A stretch of DNA of 64,000 nucleotides from Octopus bimaculoides (Eukaryota), in contig NC_068989.1 in the NCBI RefSeq assembly GCF_001194135.2, positions 92,855,649-92,919,648 on the forward strand. Reading direction: 5' to 3'. Below the pieces are notes generated by a model that did no database searches, had not been told where the DNA came from, and was given only the letters and a program-made list of their open reading frames with translations. Shown here piece after piece: positions 50,684-63,074 of this stretch. The stretch's first letter is position 1; every line of letters starts with the position of its first letter. A program made the translations under genes and the position numbers.

Positions 50684-51140
50684 AACAAACGATTACACAC
50701 ACACATGCATAGATATGCATGCGTATACTTATATATAAAAATTAGAAAAACTTTGAGACACATGCATATATACATATATGCATATGTATCTATAAACTCA
50801 TATAAATATATATATATATATATATATATGTGTGTNNNNNNNNNNNNNNNNNNNNNNNNNNNNNNNNNNNNNNNNNNNNNNNNNNNNNNNNNNNNNNNNN
50901 NNNNNNNNNNNNNNNNNNNNNNNNNNNNNNNNNNNNNNNNNNNNNNNNNNNNNNNNNNNNNNNNNNNNNNNNNNNNNNNNNNNNNNNNNNNNNNNNNNNN
51001 NNNNNNNNNNNNNNNNNNNNNNNNNNNNNNNNNNNNNNNNNNNNNNNNNNNNNNNNNNNNNNNNNNNNNNNNNNNNNNNNNNNNNNNNNNNNNNNNNNNN
51101 NNNNNNNNNNNNNNNNNNNNNNNNNNTATATGCATGTATG

Positions 51141-51196
<56 letters not shown>

Positions 51197-51744
51197 CTGA
51201 TGTAACAGTGTAATACGTATACTAAAAATGAAAAGAAATTCAAATGGTTGATCGCTATTTTATCTCAGTGATTGCATAGAGATATTGAACACGTTCATCA
51301 TTAATAATGGATTATCTCCTCACAGAAAATAACTGTAAATCTCTCCTACATCAAAAGATGTCGCCACGAGACAATAGAGAAGCCTTGATTTCATTTTCGA
51401 CTCAGCAGAGAAAGGAGCGAGCTTCTCTTTTATAGCGCACTGTAGCGTCATAAAAACGAAAATGGAATGATGCATTTGATAACGTAATCCTTCATTAACT
51501 GGGCCTGTAAATCAGGAGGTTGGACTACGGCGATCGAGAAAGGCAATTGATCTTCGTTCTGCTTGATTACGACTGATTCTTTGAGTCTAAACAGCAACAA
51601 CAACAACCTTACAAACGGTGTTGATATGTACTGACCAGTATTGATTCTTCCTCGTTAGTGGCATATTGAAGGAACTCTAATTTTGTTGGGTCGAGTCGTT
51701 CCCTTAACATCGCCGCCGTTGGAACACTTGGCTTTTTACCAACA

Positions 51745-52015
<271 letters not shown>

Positions 52016-52074
52016 ACAGACAATAATATATACGTATATGTATATATATACACGTATATATATGCATATACGCA

Positions 52075-52170
52075 ATAGGACACCTGCCCATGGTGCAACG
52101 CAGCGGGGCTGAATCCGGAACCATGTGGTTGGGGAGAAAGCTTTTTACCACAAACCCACGCATGCGCCCT
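52075..52170 (-). mobile_element. SINE family A head
   Basis: gacacctgcccatggtgcaacgcagcggggctgaatccggaaccatgtggttgg...ttaccacaaacccacgcatgcgcc. Confidence 0.8.
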
Positions 52171-52564
52171 TATAGAAATTATTTTAAGAATGTTTTTTAA
52201 CACGGTCCCTGATAATATTTAATGATAAAAATATAACAGGATTTTATAAACATCGATTGGCTATGAGGGTCCGCCATAATAAGATTAAAATGAAAGAGGT
52301 CCACAGAAAAAAATGGTTGTGCAACACTGATCTAAAGTTAATGTTCTGTTGTAATTACAATTCACTTCTTTGTCTCAGTTTTGCTTGAGATATTTTCATT
52401 GATTAGAAACCCCCAACTAACGAAACATTATGTGTTTATTGATTCCAGCTGAATGTTAATGATTTCAAGCTTTCCTTTTTTTGTTCTCCATGCTAATCTT
52501 TAGTCGCCATGACCTCACTTGATCCGCGACTGATTTCCATTCTATATCTACTTGAAATAATAAG

Positions 52565-52768
52565 GAGAGAAGAGGCAGGAAAGTTAGAAGAATGGTTAGA
52601 AGACCGACATTTCTTCCAGTTTTACGTTCTGTGTTGAAATTCCGTGAAAGCCTAGTTTGCCTTTCATTCTTTCGGGAGAGATGGAAAAATTGAATAAAAA
52701 GACTAGTTGAGCACTGGGGTCGTATGAGCTAATATCCCACTTTCCCAAAATTTCAGATCTGGTACCTA
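52565..52768 (+). mobile_element. SINE family B, degraded
   Basis: tttacgttctgtgttgaaattccg...tttgcctttcattctttcggg...agttgagcactggggtcg...aaaatttcag. Confidence 0.75.
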
Positions 52769-53824
52769 TAGTAAAAAAAAGAAAAGGAAAAGGAGTTGTT
52801 AATTCATTTTAGTTCGGCGGTAGACATTTCCTTAATAACTACCAGCAGAACCCGTTGACATCTCACGTTTTAGAAAATATTCCTTTTTTTTTTTTTTTTT
52901 TTTTTTTTTTTGTTTCTATGCAAAAATGCATAAATCTTCGTAACTGTCTTTCTTCAAATTAAATATTTCGATTATGTTTTAGATTTCTTTCGCAGCTTAG
53001 ACTGTCTTAAGTGTAACACTCGAACACACGTATGAGGCTATATAGGAACAAATAGAATTATATTATAGATCTGAATATGCGATACAAGCAGCTCTAGAGT
53101 AAAAGCTTTATGAGCATGACAAACTGAATGTCTGTCTGTGGTGTGTTGTCAAAAGCCAAAGGTAGCGGTTTACATCCAGGAAAAATCGCTTTATAGACGT
53201 ATAGTATTAAAAGTACACACAATGTACTTCAGAGCTAGGCGAAAGGAAATAACCTCAGCAGTGACCGCTCGTGCCACGGAAACGTATTTCACCGTTGTTG
53301 CGACTTCTCAATGTCACATACTCATGTCACTTCCGAAATGAAATCGAGTCAAGCAGTCTGAAGTATATAGAGATAGTGCATACAATGTACACTAACTTGC
53401 AAAGGTGCCGCATCAGCGGAATAAAATTCGAACTTTATAACAGAACCAGCTCTATAATAAGAACTCTATCAATACAACATGTTTTGTCTTTCATTTCGAT
53501 TTTATCGACGTTGATAGTACGAAAGGCAATGTTGTCCACGGTGTGGAAATCGCAAAACAGAGAAAGAAAGACAAATGCTACGATGCATAAGCTGGGCTCC
53601 AGCGACAGTTTTTTGGAAATGATATGGGATTAATTTGCCATAGTTTCTTCGGATGCATGAATTAGAATGTCGTTTTATGAGGTTCCTTCGATATTATATT
53701 TTACCTGTTATGATATACGCTTATATCACCTCTTTTTCTATAATAGAGTATGTATGTGAGCACATGCAGTTGCCCGAACGGGAGATTACTCTCTCTCTCC
53801 CCTTCTCCCTTTCTTTCTCTCTAA

Positions 53825-53876
<52 letters not shown>

Positions 53877-54104
53877 CACACCCACACACGTACATATATA
53901 TATATACAAGTGTGTGTGTGTGCATTTCTATATAAATTTTCTAGTCATAGATAGTGGTGAAGGGGGAGAAGGTATGATTAAAGGGGAGGGGGAAAAGGAA
54001 GAAAACAAGAGGGAAGAAAGAAAGAAAAAAGAAAAAGAGGAAAAAGAAGAAACATGTATTTATATATCTGTCTCCTTAAATTAGTGCTCGATGAAGATAA
54101 CTAT

Positions 54105-54146
<42 letters not shown>

Positions 54147-54160
54147 TAGTAGTAGTAGTG

Positions 54161-54192
<32 letters not shown>

Positions 54193-54232
54193 TGTAGTAC
54201 TAGTGGTGGTGGTGGTGGTTGGAGCAGTAGTA
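54105..54232. repeat. (TAG)n/(TGG)n array; GGT/GTT/GAT low-complexity tract at 54615-54865
   Basis: Seen directly. Confidence 0.95.
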
Positions 54233-54449
54233 GATCGATTCTTTTCCTCCTAGCACAACTACCACCGTCGCCACCACCACCGCCACTTATCATTCTGCCA
54301 ACAATTGCCAACCACCCAACCGGCCAGTCGGCGAACAACCTCACGCTCTATATTCCTATATTCCTATATTCCTATATTCCTGTAGACATTCAATTTCCTC
54401 GTGTTAGGTTCCATATACTGAGAACAAATATTGAAGAATATGCACGGTC

Positions 54450-54485
<36 letters not shown>

Positions 54486-54513
54486 TTCTGTTTGATTTAT
54501 GTTTCAACTGCTT

Positions 54514-54528
54514 CCACCAGATGGCGCT
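54514..54528 (+). promoter_or_regulatory. Candidate CTCF motif CCACCAGATGGCGCT
   Basis: Near-consensus match to the CTCF core, in non-repetitive sequence. Confidence 0.5.
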
Positions 54529-55032
54529 TTGTATTAGTGTCACGAAACTTCCACACGATGTTATTCGGCTGTGTGGGATGGTTGTTGTTGCTATTGGTGG
54601 CGATAACAGTGGTGCTGGCAGTGGTGGTGGTGGTGGTAGTAGTAGTGTTTGTTGCTGTTAAAGGCGGTGATGGTGGTGGTGATGTTGTTGGTGGTGTTGT
54701 TAGGGTTGTTGTTGTTGTTGGTGGTGGTGGTGGTGATGGTGATGGTGATAATTATAATGATGATAATGATGGTGTTGGTGGTGGTGTTGGTGTTGGTGTT
54801 GGTGTTGGTGATAATTATGATGATGGTGGTGGTGGTGGTGGTGGTTGTGGGGGTGGTGTTGGTGGTGGAGGCATTGATGCTTATGGGGTTGCTGCTGGTG
54901 GCTACAGGATATTACAAGATGTTGCTATCACACCAGAGAAGAGTCGTTACACTCATTGGAAATTGGAGGAACAAAAGTGTGCATTCTCAATAAATACAAT
55001 ATGTGGATATAAGAGTGTGTTTATGTATGCGG

Positions 55033-55074
<42 letters not shown>

Positions 55075-55192
55075 ATTGGGAGACAAAATTGTGTATTGTG
55101 TGTAAATTCATCACATGTTAGTCTGTGTTAGCTAGCGATATACATATGTATGTATGCATGTATGTATGTATTATCTATGTATATGTGTGTGT

Positions 55193-55560
55193 ATCATCAT
55201 CATCGTCATGGTCATTTAGCGGCCGTTTTCCACGCTGGCTTGGGTTGGACGGTTTGCACCAAACTCCAGTCTGATTTGGCATAGTTTCTACGGCTGGGGT
55301 GCCCTTCCTAACGCCAACCACTCCGAGAGCGTAAGGCATGCGTTTACGTGTCACTGGCACGGGTGCCAGTTGCGTGGCACCAGTATCTGTCGCGACTACA
55401 GTTTTCTGGACTTGATGGGTCTTCTCATGCACAGCAAAAGTCTTGGTCTTTTGTCATTACCTCCGTGAGGCCCAGCTCTGCTCCAAAGGTGCTTGTTACG
55501 TGCCGCTGTCTCCGAGTGCCATCGGCACAGGTGCCAGTTACGTAACATCGACAACCGTCA
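55193..55560 (-). mobile_element. RTE-tailed SINE, 5'-truncated, with (GAT)n tail
   Basis: The plus strand begins (atc)n then tttagcggccgttttccacgctggcttgggttggacggttt (RTE-like tail, shared with 18551) and tttctacggctggggtgcccttcctaacgccaacc. Confidence 0.75.
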
Positions 55561-56914
55561 CCATTATGGTTGGGAAAATTTTTAGTAGTAGTACGCTGGT
55601 AGACTTTGGCTAATGAGAAACAGACACCTACTTGGTGCTAATTTCGAAAAAGGTTCAAAGTTGACCAATATTGCTTGTGTTGACCTAGCAGTGGTAAGTC
55701 TTTTTAATGTCCACTGCAATTTTTTCCTTCCATGCCTGTATTAGATTTGTGACTATTCTGTGGTACAGAAATATTTTTGACTACTATTTTTAGCGATATA
55801 GATGCTCATGTGGTGTCTTCGTGNNNNNNNNNNNNNNNNNNNNNNNNNNNNNNNNNNNNNNNNNNNNNNNNNNNNNNNNNNNNNNNNNNNNNNNNNNNNN
55901 NNNNNNNNNNNNNNNNNNNNNNNNNNNNNNNNNNNNNNNNNNNNNNNNNNNNNNNNNNNNNNNNNNNNNNNNNNNNNNNNNNNNNNNNNNNNNNNNNNNN
56001 NNNNNNNNNNNNNNNNNNNNNNNNNNNNNNNNNNNNNNNNNNNNNNNNNNNNNNNNNNNNNNNNNNNNNNNNNNNNNNNNNNNNNNNNNNNNNNNNNNNN
56101 NNNNNNNNNNNNNNNNNNNNNNNNNNNNNNNNNNNNNNNNNNNNNNNNNNNNNNNNNNNNNNNNNNNNNNNNNNNNNNNNNNNNNNNNNNNNNNNNNNNN
56201 NNNNNNNNNNNNNNNNNNNNNNNNNNNNNNNNNNNNNNNNNNNNNNNNNNNNNNNNNNNNNNNNNNNNNNNNNNNNNNNNNNNNNNNNNNNNNNNNNNNN
56301 NNNNNNNNNNNNNNNNNNNNNNNNNNNNNNNNNNNNNNNNNNNNNNNNNNNNNNNNNNNNNNNNNNNNNNNNNNNNNNNNNNNNNNNNNNNNNNNNNNNN
56401 NNNNNNNNNNNNNNNNNNNNNNNNNNNNNNNNNNNNNNNNNNNNNNNNNNNNNNNNNNNNNNNNNNNNNNNNNNNNNNNNNATATATATATATATATCTT
56501 TTATGTATATATATATATATATATGCACATATGTATACTTATATATGAATGTGTGTGTGTGTATATGTATACACACAAATTTATGGACAGTGTATGGGTG
56601 TACGTTTTCTGGACGAGTCTTAGGCCTATATGTTTATGCGTGTTGCTGTCAAAATGTATGTGCCTGGGTGTGTGTATGAATGAGTGTATGTGCATTGGTA
56701 TATATGCGTATGTATGTAGATTAGTCTACACAACCATGTACGCCATGTGTGTTATGCTTGTGTTTGTAGGAACAAGTTTATATATGTATGTGAAGAAGCG
56801 TATAAATATAGAAAGAGAGTGGGAGAGAGGAAGAAAGAGCGGGGAGAGAAAAACAGAGACAGAGAATCAATACATACATGTACGTGAAAAAGTATTTTGA
56901 TGTATGTGTATGTG

Positions 56915-56981
<67 letters not shown>

Positions 56982-57071
56982 TTGAACTTGAGAAATAACT
57001 TACGTGAATGTGTAAGAATGTGTGTACTTACATGAAAGAGAAAGTGACGAGAAAGACAGATTGTCATTGTC

Positions 57072-57104
<33 letters not shown>

Positions 57105-57488
57105 GAGGAGGAGGAGGAGGANNNNNNNNNNNNNNNNNNNNNNNNNNNNNNNNNNNNNNNNNNNNNNNNNNNNNNNNNNNNNNNNNNNNNNNNNNNNNNN
57201 NNNNNNNNNNNNNNNNNNNNNNNNNNNNNNNNNNNNNNNNNNNNNNNNNNNNNNNNNNNNNNNNNNNNNNNNNNNNNNNNNNNNNNNNNNNNNNNNNNNN
57301 NNNNNNNNNNNNNNNNNNNNNNNNNNNNNNNNNNNNNNNNNNNNNNNNNNNNNNNNNNNNNNNNNNNNNNNNNNNNNNNNNNNNNNNNNNNNNNNNNNNN
57401 NNNNNNNNNNNNNNNNNNNNNNNNNNNNNNNNNNNNNNNNNNNNNNNNNNNNNNNNNNNNNNNNNNNNNNNNNNNNNNNNNNNNNNNN

Positions 57489-57541
<53 letters not shown>

Positions 57542-57816
57542 ATCGGACTAAAATTTGGAATAATTGTCAATAAATATTTCAAGACATGTTGAAAATATGA
57601 CAATATGCAAGGATTGGATGCACAAAGCTTGATGAAAATGGTGCTCAAGCATACGCTTAAGATCGAAATATATGCAGAAGACGATATAAACTCAGCTAAG
57701 TGAAGAATTTTTGTAGTCCCAGGAAACATAGCAATGAGAGGAAGATCTTTAAGCGATGGTGGAGCGAATCTACAGTAGCGAACGACTAAATATACGGGGG
57801 AAAAGGTTTTGAGTAA

Positions 57817-58202
57817 GGTGAGACCTCGCGGTACGAGTTTAATTCGTTCTATGACCGAGCTCGACTTACGATTTACTCATTTTACAAATCAAATTTCCCC
57901 ATTGAAATTAACTAAAATATAATTAATCAGTTCCAGCCCCCACCCACAAACCACTCAAGTATAATTTTTAATGGGGTATGAAATAGAAAAGGTGTAATTA
58001 CAAGTAAAATGACAATTATAAAAAAAGAGAATGCAAAAATATTTAAGCTGGTTTTATTAATTGAATTACCTTAAATATGGGACGATTTGTGTGCTCGTAC
58101 TGCGGATTTCCGTTCGCACTTCAAGAAAAAATTCGTTCGAATCTCGGCTCGTACAGCAAATTACTCGTACAATGAGGCACTCGTACTGCACGGTTCTACT
58201 GT
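57817..58202. mobile_element. Tigger/pogo-type MITE, degraded
   Basis: Imperfect TIRs gtgagacctcgcggtacgagt and actcgtactgcacggttctactg, with repeated ctcgtac submotifs. Confidence 0.55.
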
Positions 58203-59344
58203 CTTGTGTTTCGTTTATTCTACTGCCTTGTGTTTCGTTTATAGAACGAAGTACGATATACCCGAAGAGTGATCTTAACAATTACCTATCGAAAATATAT
58301 AAGCAAAGAACAGATGCGAAGAGACAAAGACGGGAGTATGACGTTAATGACGATACCTCGCAGTGTAAGATTTTTCAAATTGCTGTCTGGCAATTTTTCA
58401 AATTGCTGTCTGGCAATCGTTTAGTTTAAAGAAATTTTCAAAAGCATATTTTGATAAAAATGTATTTAGATTGGAAAATTTAAGAATTATCATAACAATA
58501 TAGACGTTAATAATTGCTTTCTTTTAGTGAATTTTACATTCTCAAAACCGTCCCTATTTTAGCAACGATACTTGTGTATGTATAACTATAAGTATATTTA
58601 AATATATAATATATGTATGCATATATATATGAGTGTGTGTGTTTGTGTGTATGTATGTATGTGTATACATGTATGTATATATATACGTATTAGAGGTTTA
58701 TCAATATGAAGTAAGTGGAATGTGGTAACTACCATGCACTTTTGTAACGAATCTCTCACCTGAATAATAGAGAGAGAGGGGGAAGAGGAGGAGAGAGAGG
58801 GAACGAAGGGAGAGAAAGAAAGAGAAAGAGAGAAAGAAATAGTGTTTGATCGATTAGAGGCAGAAATTTTGTTATTGATCTGATCTCGTAGTTTGGCACA
58901 GTTGAACGGATACAGGAATGTCGTGTGTATATAACCAACTCTCTGTAATATATGTACAATCAATCCTAAAGCTTACGTTACGGACATATCCTTAATTAGA
59001 TGTCCACCAGTGATCATAGAAATTTTCAAAAAGCTTCTGACAACCTTGCTATCTCATGCGGAGCAGTGCCGCACCGTTGTTCTAGTTTCTATCTAGGGAG
59101 CATCCGGCAATCGCAGCTAATTCCAGAAAAAAAAGTGTATATATTGTAATGTACTGTATGTATTGAATGCATGTATGTATGCATGCATGTATGTACGTAT
59201 GTACGTATGCGTGTATGTTAGTATGTATGTATGTGTGTGTGTGTATGTATGTATGTATGTATGTATGTATGTATGTATTATGAATGTATGTATTCACGTA
59301 TATGCACGTATACTGCATCTGCTATCTAAATAAAATAAATATAT

Positions 59345-60450
59345 ATAGCTGCGAAACCTTGGCATAACTGGTAAATTAGTAGAATGGCTGCATGACTTCC
59401 TGAATGGTAGAAGTCAGACATTTGCAGCCAATGGAGAACTATCTAGGGAAACACAAATATTGAGCGGTGTTCCGCAAGGAACTGTCCTGGGGCCATTAAT
59501 GTACATTCCTTCAAGCTATTTGTTTATTGAGCTCTTTAGTTCAATTCCTTAAAACAAAATATATACTCGTTTCTTAAGAAATATTTCTATATAGCTCGAA
59601 GTAAATTTTATTGACGTACATTGCTGTAGATTATCTCTGCACATATACCGCAGACAGCTGGCGGGGTGGATACTGAGGACATTCCGTACAAGGGATCAAA
59701 AAGTCATGTTGACTCTATGGAAGANNNNNNNNNNNNNNNNNNNNNNNNNNNNNNNNNNNNNNNNNNNNNNNNNNNNNNNNNNNNNNNNNNNNNNNNNNNN
59801 NNNNNNNNNNNNNNNNNNNNNNNNNNNNNNNNNNNNNNNNNNNNNNNNNNNNNNNNNNNNNNNNNNNNNNNNNNNNNNNNNNNNNNNNNNNNNNNNNNNN
59901 NNNNNNNNNNNNNNNNNNNNNNNNNNNNNNNNNNNNNNNNNNNNNNNNNNNNNNNNNNNNNNNNNNNNNNNNNNNNNNNNNNNNNNNNNNNNNNNNNNNN
60001 NNNNNNNNNNNNNNNNNNNNNNNNNNNNNNNNNNNNNNNNNNNNNNNNNNNNNNNNNNNNNNNNNNNNNNNNNNNNNNNNNNNNNNNNNNNNNNNNNNNN
60101 NNNNNNNNNNNNNNNNNNNNNNNNNNNNNNNNNNNNTCAATGCCCTGCCAAAACATTTGAGAGACCTGCAAGACACGGATGTGGAGGTTTTCAAGACAAA
60201 ACTCGACGCTTTCCTCTCCACGATACCAGACGAACCAATGGCTCGAAATGAGACACAGTTTAGGGCAGCGATGTCAAATTCTCTTATACACCAGATGTGC
60301 CATCAAAACTCTTGATTGGACTATATCAGGTGCAGGAGAAGAGCCATACAAGGAACGTGAAGAGAGCAAAGCATAAAGACAGAAAATCACGATGGTGCTC
60401 CAGCATGACCACAGCCACTTGGCTGAAACCCATAAATAAATAAATAAATA
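59345..60450 (+). mobile_element. CR1/L2-group LINE, 5'-truncated, RT core replaced, gap inside
   Basis: LGITGKLVEWLHDFLNGRSQ..ILSGVPQGTVLGPL / QLAGWILRTFRTRDQKVMLTLWK / NALPKHLRDLQDTDVEVFKTKLDAFLSTIPDEP..RAAMSNSLIHQ. The 3' end is ggtgctccagcatgaccacagcc..ggctgaaac(ataa)n. Confidence 0.92.
59494..59656 (+). repeat. Exact 163-bp duplicate of 62094-62256
   Basis: Identical base by base (cattaatgtacattcc...ataccgcagaca), offset 2600 bp. Confidence 0.97.
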
Positions 60451-60871
60451 AATAAATAAATATATATATGTACATATACTCACACACACAAATATATATC
60501 TGTGTATATGTGTATACATATGTATGTATATATGTGTATGTATATACGTATTGATCATAATCCATACACACACATGTACATATGTGTGTACGTATGTATG
60601 TATACATGTACGTATGTATGTATGTATGTATGTATATATATATAGGTATGTATGTATGCATGTATGCATGTATGTATGTATGCATGTATGCATGCATGCA
60701 TGTATGTATGTATGTATGTATACAACAAAGGTGTAGAACGAATCAATTTTCTACATACGTAGCATTTGCATTTTTTCGGTGCTTTTTTCCTATTAGTGCC
60801 ATTTTTGATGCTTATACTCTTTCATTACATAAACACGTATTTTCATCAGGGTGTAGGTTGTATGTGTGCGT

Positions 60872-60918
<47 letters not shown>

Positions 60919-61436
60919 CGCGCACACACACACACACACACTTAATGCGAAACGTCATCGAAGAAATGAAGATATGAAGATGGCGATGAAAAAGGCCTAC
61001 CAACTCCAGTCAAAACCTTTTCCGCCCAGCAAATATTTATGTGAAGGCAGAGAATAGACGGACGACTGGGTAGAAAGTTGTAAAGATTTGAATGTATATA
61101 AGAGGATGAAGTACTCAATACCGAAATTGAAGTGTTTATACTTCTTTGGAGCCTGAAGTTTGATGTTCTTTCAAAAAATTATAAAACAAGTCGCGTGTGT
61201 GTGTGTCTATGTATGTGTGTGTACATGTTCCTCCAAATGTAAATTCAATCGACCATATGATCAGAGCCTGAAGATTACTTGGAGGCACAAGGCATGTTAT
61301 AAAACCTGCCTGGATTAACGTCTCCAATCACGAAATTTTTGTAGTTCTAACTTCATATTGTGTACATTATATGACATATACACACACATATATATATATA
61401 TAAATATATATATATGTGTGTGTGTATGTGTATGTG

Positions 61437-61498
<62 letters not shown>

Positions 61499-61567
61499 TA
61501 AGCACACACGCATATATGTATGTATCATGCTTGTGTATATGTTAAAGTTTGCTTGAACATGGAGACA

Positions 61568-61790
61568 TGTTGGTTTCAAATTTTGGCACTAGGCCAGCAA
61601 GTTTATTGTGGTGGGTAAGTCGATTACATCCACCCTATTGCTCCACCGGTACTTATTTCATCGACCCCGAAAGGATGACCGGCGAAGTCGATCTCGGCAG
61701 AATTCGAACTCAGAACTTAAAGACGGATTTTGATTTGCCCTTAAACATTTTTCCCGGCGTGGTAACGATTCTGCTAGCACGCTGCCGATG
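61568..61790 (-). mobile_element. SINE family B, near full length
   Basis: ggtttcaaattttggcactaggccagcaag...ccgaaaggatgaccggcgaagtcgatctcggcagaattcgaactcag...aacgattctgctagc. Confidence 0.9.
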
Positions 61791-62335
61791 AACGCGCCGA
61801 CATATTGTACACAAAGACTGTATTTTCTTTCGCAGAATTTAACAAAAGAGGTAAAATGAAAGAATCGCTTAGAGCATCACATGATAATATTATACTTTGC
61901 AGTTCGTCTGAGTTACAAACAAACGAAGACAAATAAAGGGTATTTATTTTAATATATATGTGTGCGTTTATATATATATATATATATATCCACACACACA
62001 CACACACATGTATATCCATACATACGTACATGTATATATGATATATGGGGTGTGTTGAGCTGCTTTTTTATCTGTTTATGTCTGCTTACATTACATTAAT
62101 GTACATTCCTTCAAGCTATTTGTTTATTGAGCTCTTTAGTTCAATTCCTTAAAACAAAATATATACTCGTTTCTTAAGAAATATTTCTATATAGCTCGAA
62201 GTAAATTTTATTGACGTACATTGCTGTAGATTATCTCTGCACATATACCGCAGACATAAATATATAGCCATCCAAATTAATATATGATATTTACATCTTG
62301 TGTCTTATGTGTTCCTTCCTGTGGGTGTTCAATAC

Positions 62336-62440
62336 TTACCGCATTAATTCGTATATAAGTCGCACTATTTTACACGAGATTTTAAGAGGAATAAAAAAAA
62401 CTGGAATGCAATTTATACATCAGACGAAGCTGAATCTATG
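62336..62440 (+). mobile_element. Possible pogo/Tc2-type MITE left end
   Basis: TA|CCGCATTAATTCGTATATAAGTCGCAC resembles TACCGTA..TATAAGTCGCAC termini. No right TIR found. Confidence 0.35.
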
Positions 62441-62603
62441 AAGGGAACTCTGTAGCAAGATTTAACACTGAATTAGCAATGCGCCCTATACACGTATAAA
62501 GATCAGTAAGTTCAATTTGATATCCGACCGACTGCAGGATAGTTCGGTTAATGTGCATAACGTCAAGACAGAAAGAAACAACGATAGAGAGATAACATTA
62601 GGT

Positions 62604-62604
62604 G

Positions 62605-62690
<86 letters not shown>

Positions 62691-62812
62691 AAGAAGAAGA
62701 AGAAGAAGAAGAAGAAGAAGAAGAAGAAGAAGAAGAAGAAGAAGAAGAAGAAGAAGAAGAAGAAGAAGAAGAAGAAGAAGAAGAAGAAGAAGAAGAAGAA
62801 GAAGAAGAAGAA
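62604..62812. repeat. Compound (TAA)n(GAA)n array
   Basis: Seen directly. Confidence 0.98.
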
Positions 62813-63074
62813 ACAATAAATCATATTGTCTCTGGCTGCCCAGTCCTGGCTAAGAAGGAATATATTCACAGACACGACAGAGTTGGGACCTGCATACACT
62901 GGAAGCTATGCCAACACATTGGAATAACAACAGAGAAAAGGTCACAGAAAACGAGAAAGCAACCATACTCTGGGATATGCCAATACACACAGATAGAGAA
63001 ATTAAAGCAAATAGACCAGATACAGTTGTCAAAGATCATGAAGAAAAAATGCTTTCTAATCGATGTATCAATAC
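62807..63074 (+). mobile_element. R4/Dong-type LINE fragment, truncated at both ends
   Basis: ETINHIVSGCPVLAKKEYIHRHDRVGTCIHWKLCQH..ENEKATILWDMPIHTDREIKANRPDTVVKDHEE..LIDVSI. Confidence 0.93.

Noticed and set aside
54450-55121. 223-aa Gly/Val/Asp-rich ORF
   Set aside because: It is the translation of GGT/GTT/GAT and TG repeats.
58180-58415. Short tandem duplications (about 24 bp at 58195 and 23 bp at 58370) and an imperfect gggacg inverted pair at 58073/58550
   Set aside because: Ordinary slippage duplications. The inverted match is too short to define a second element.
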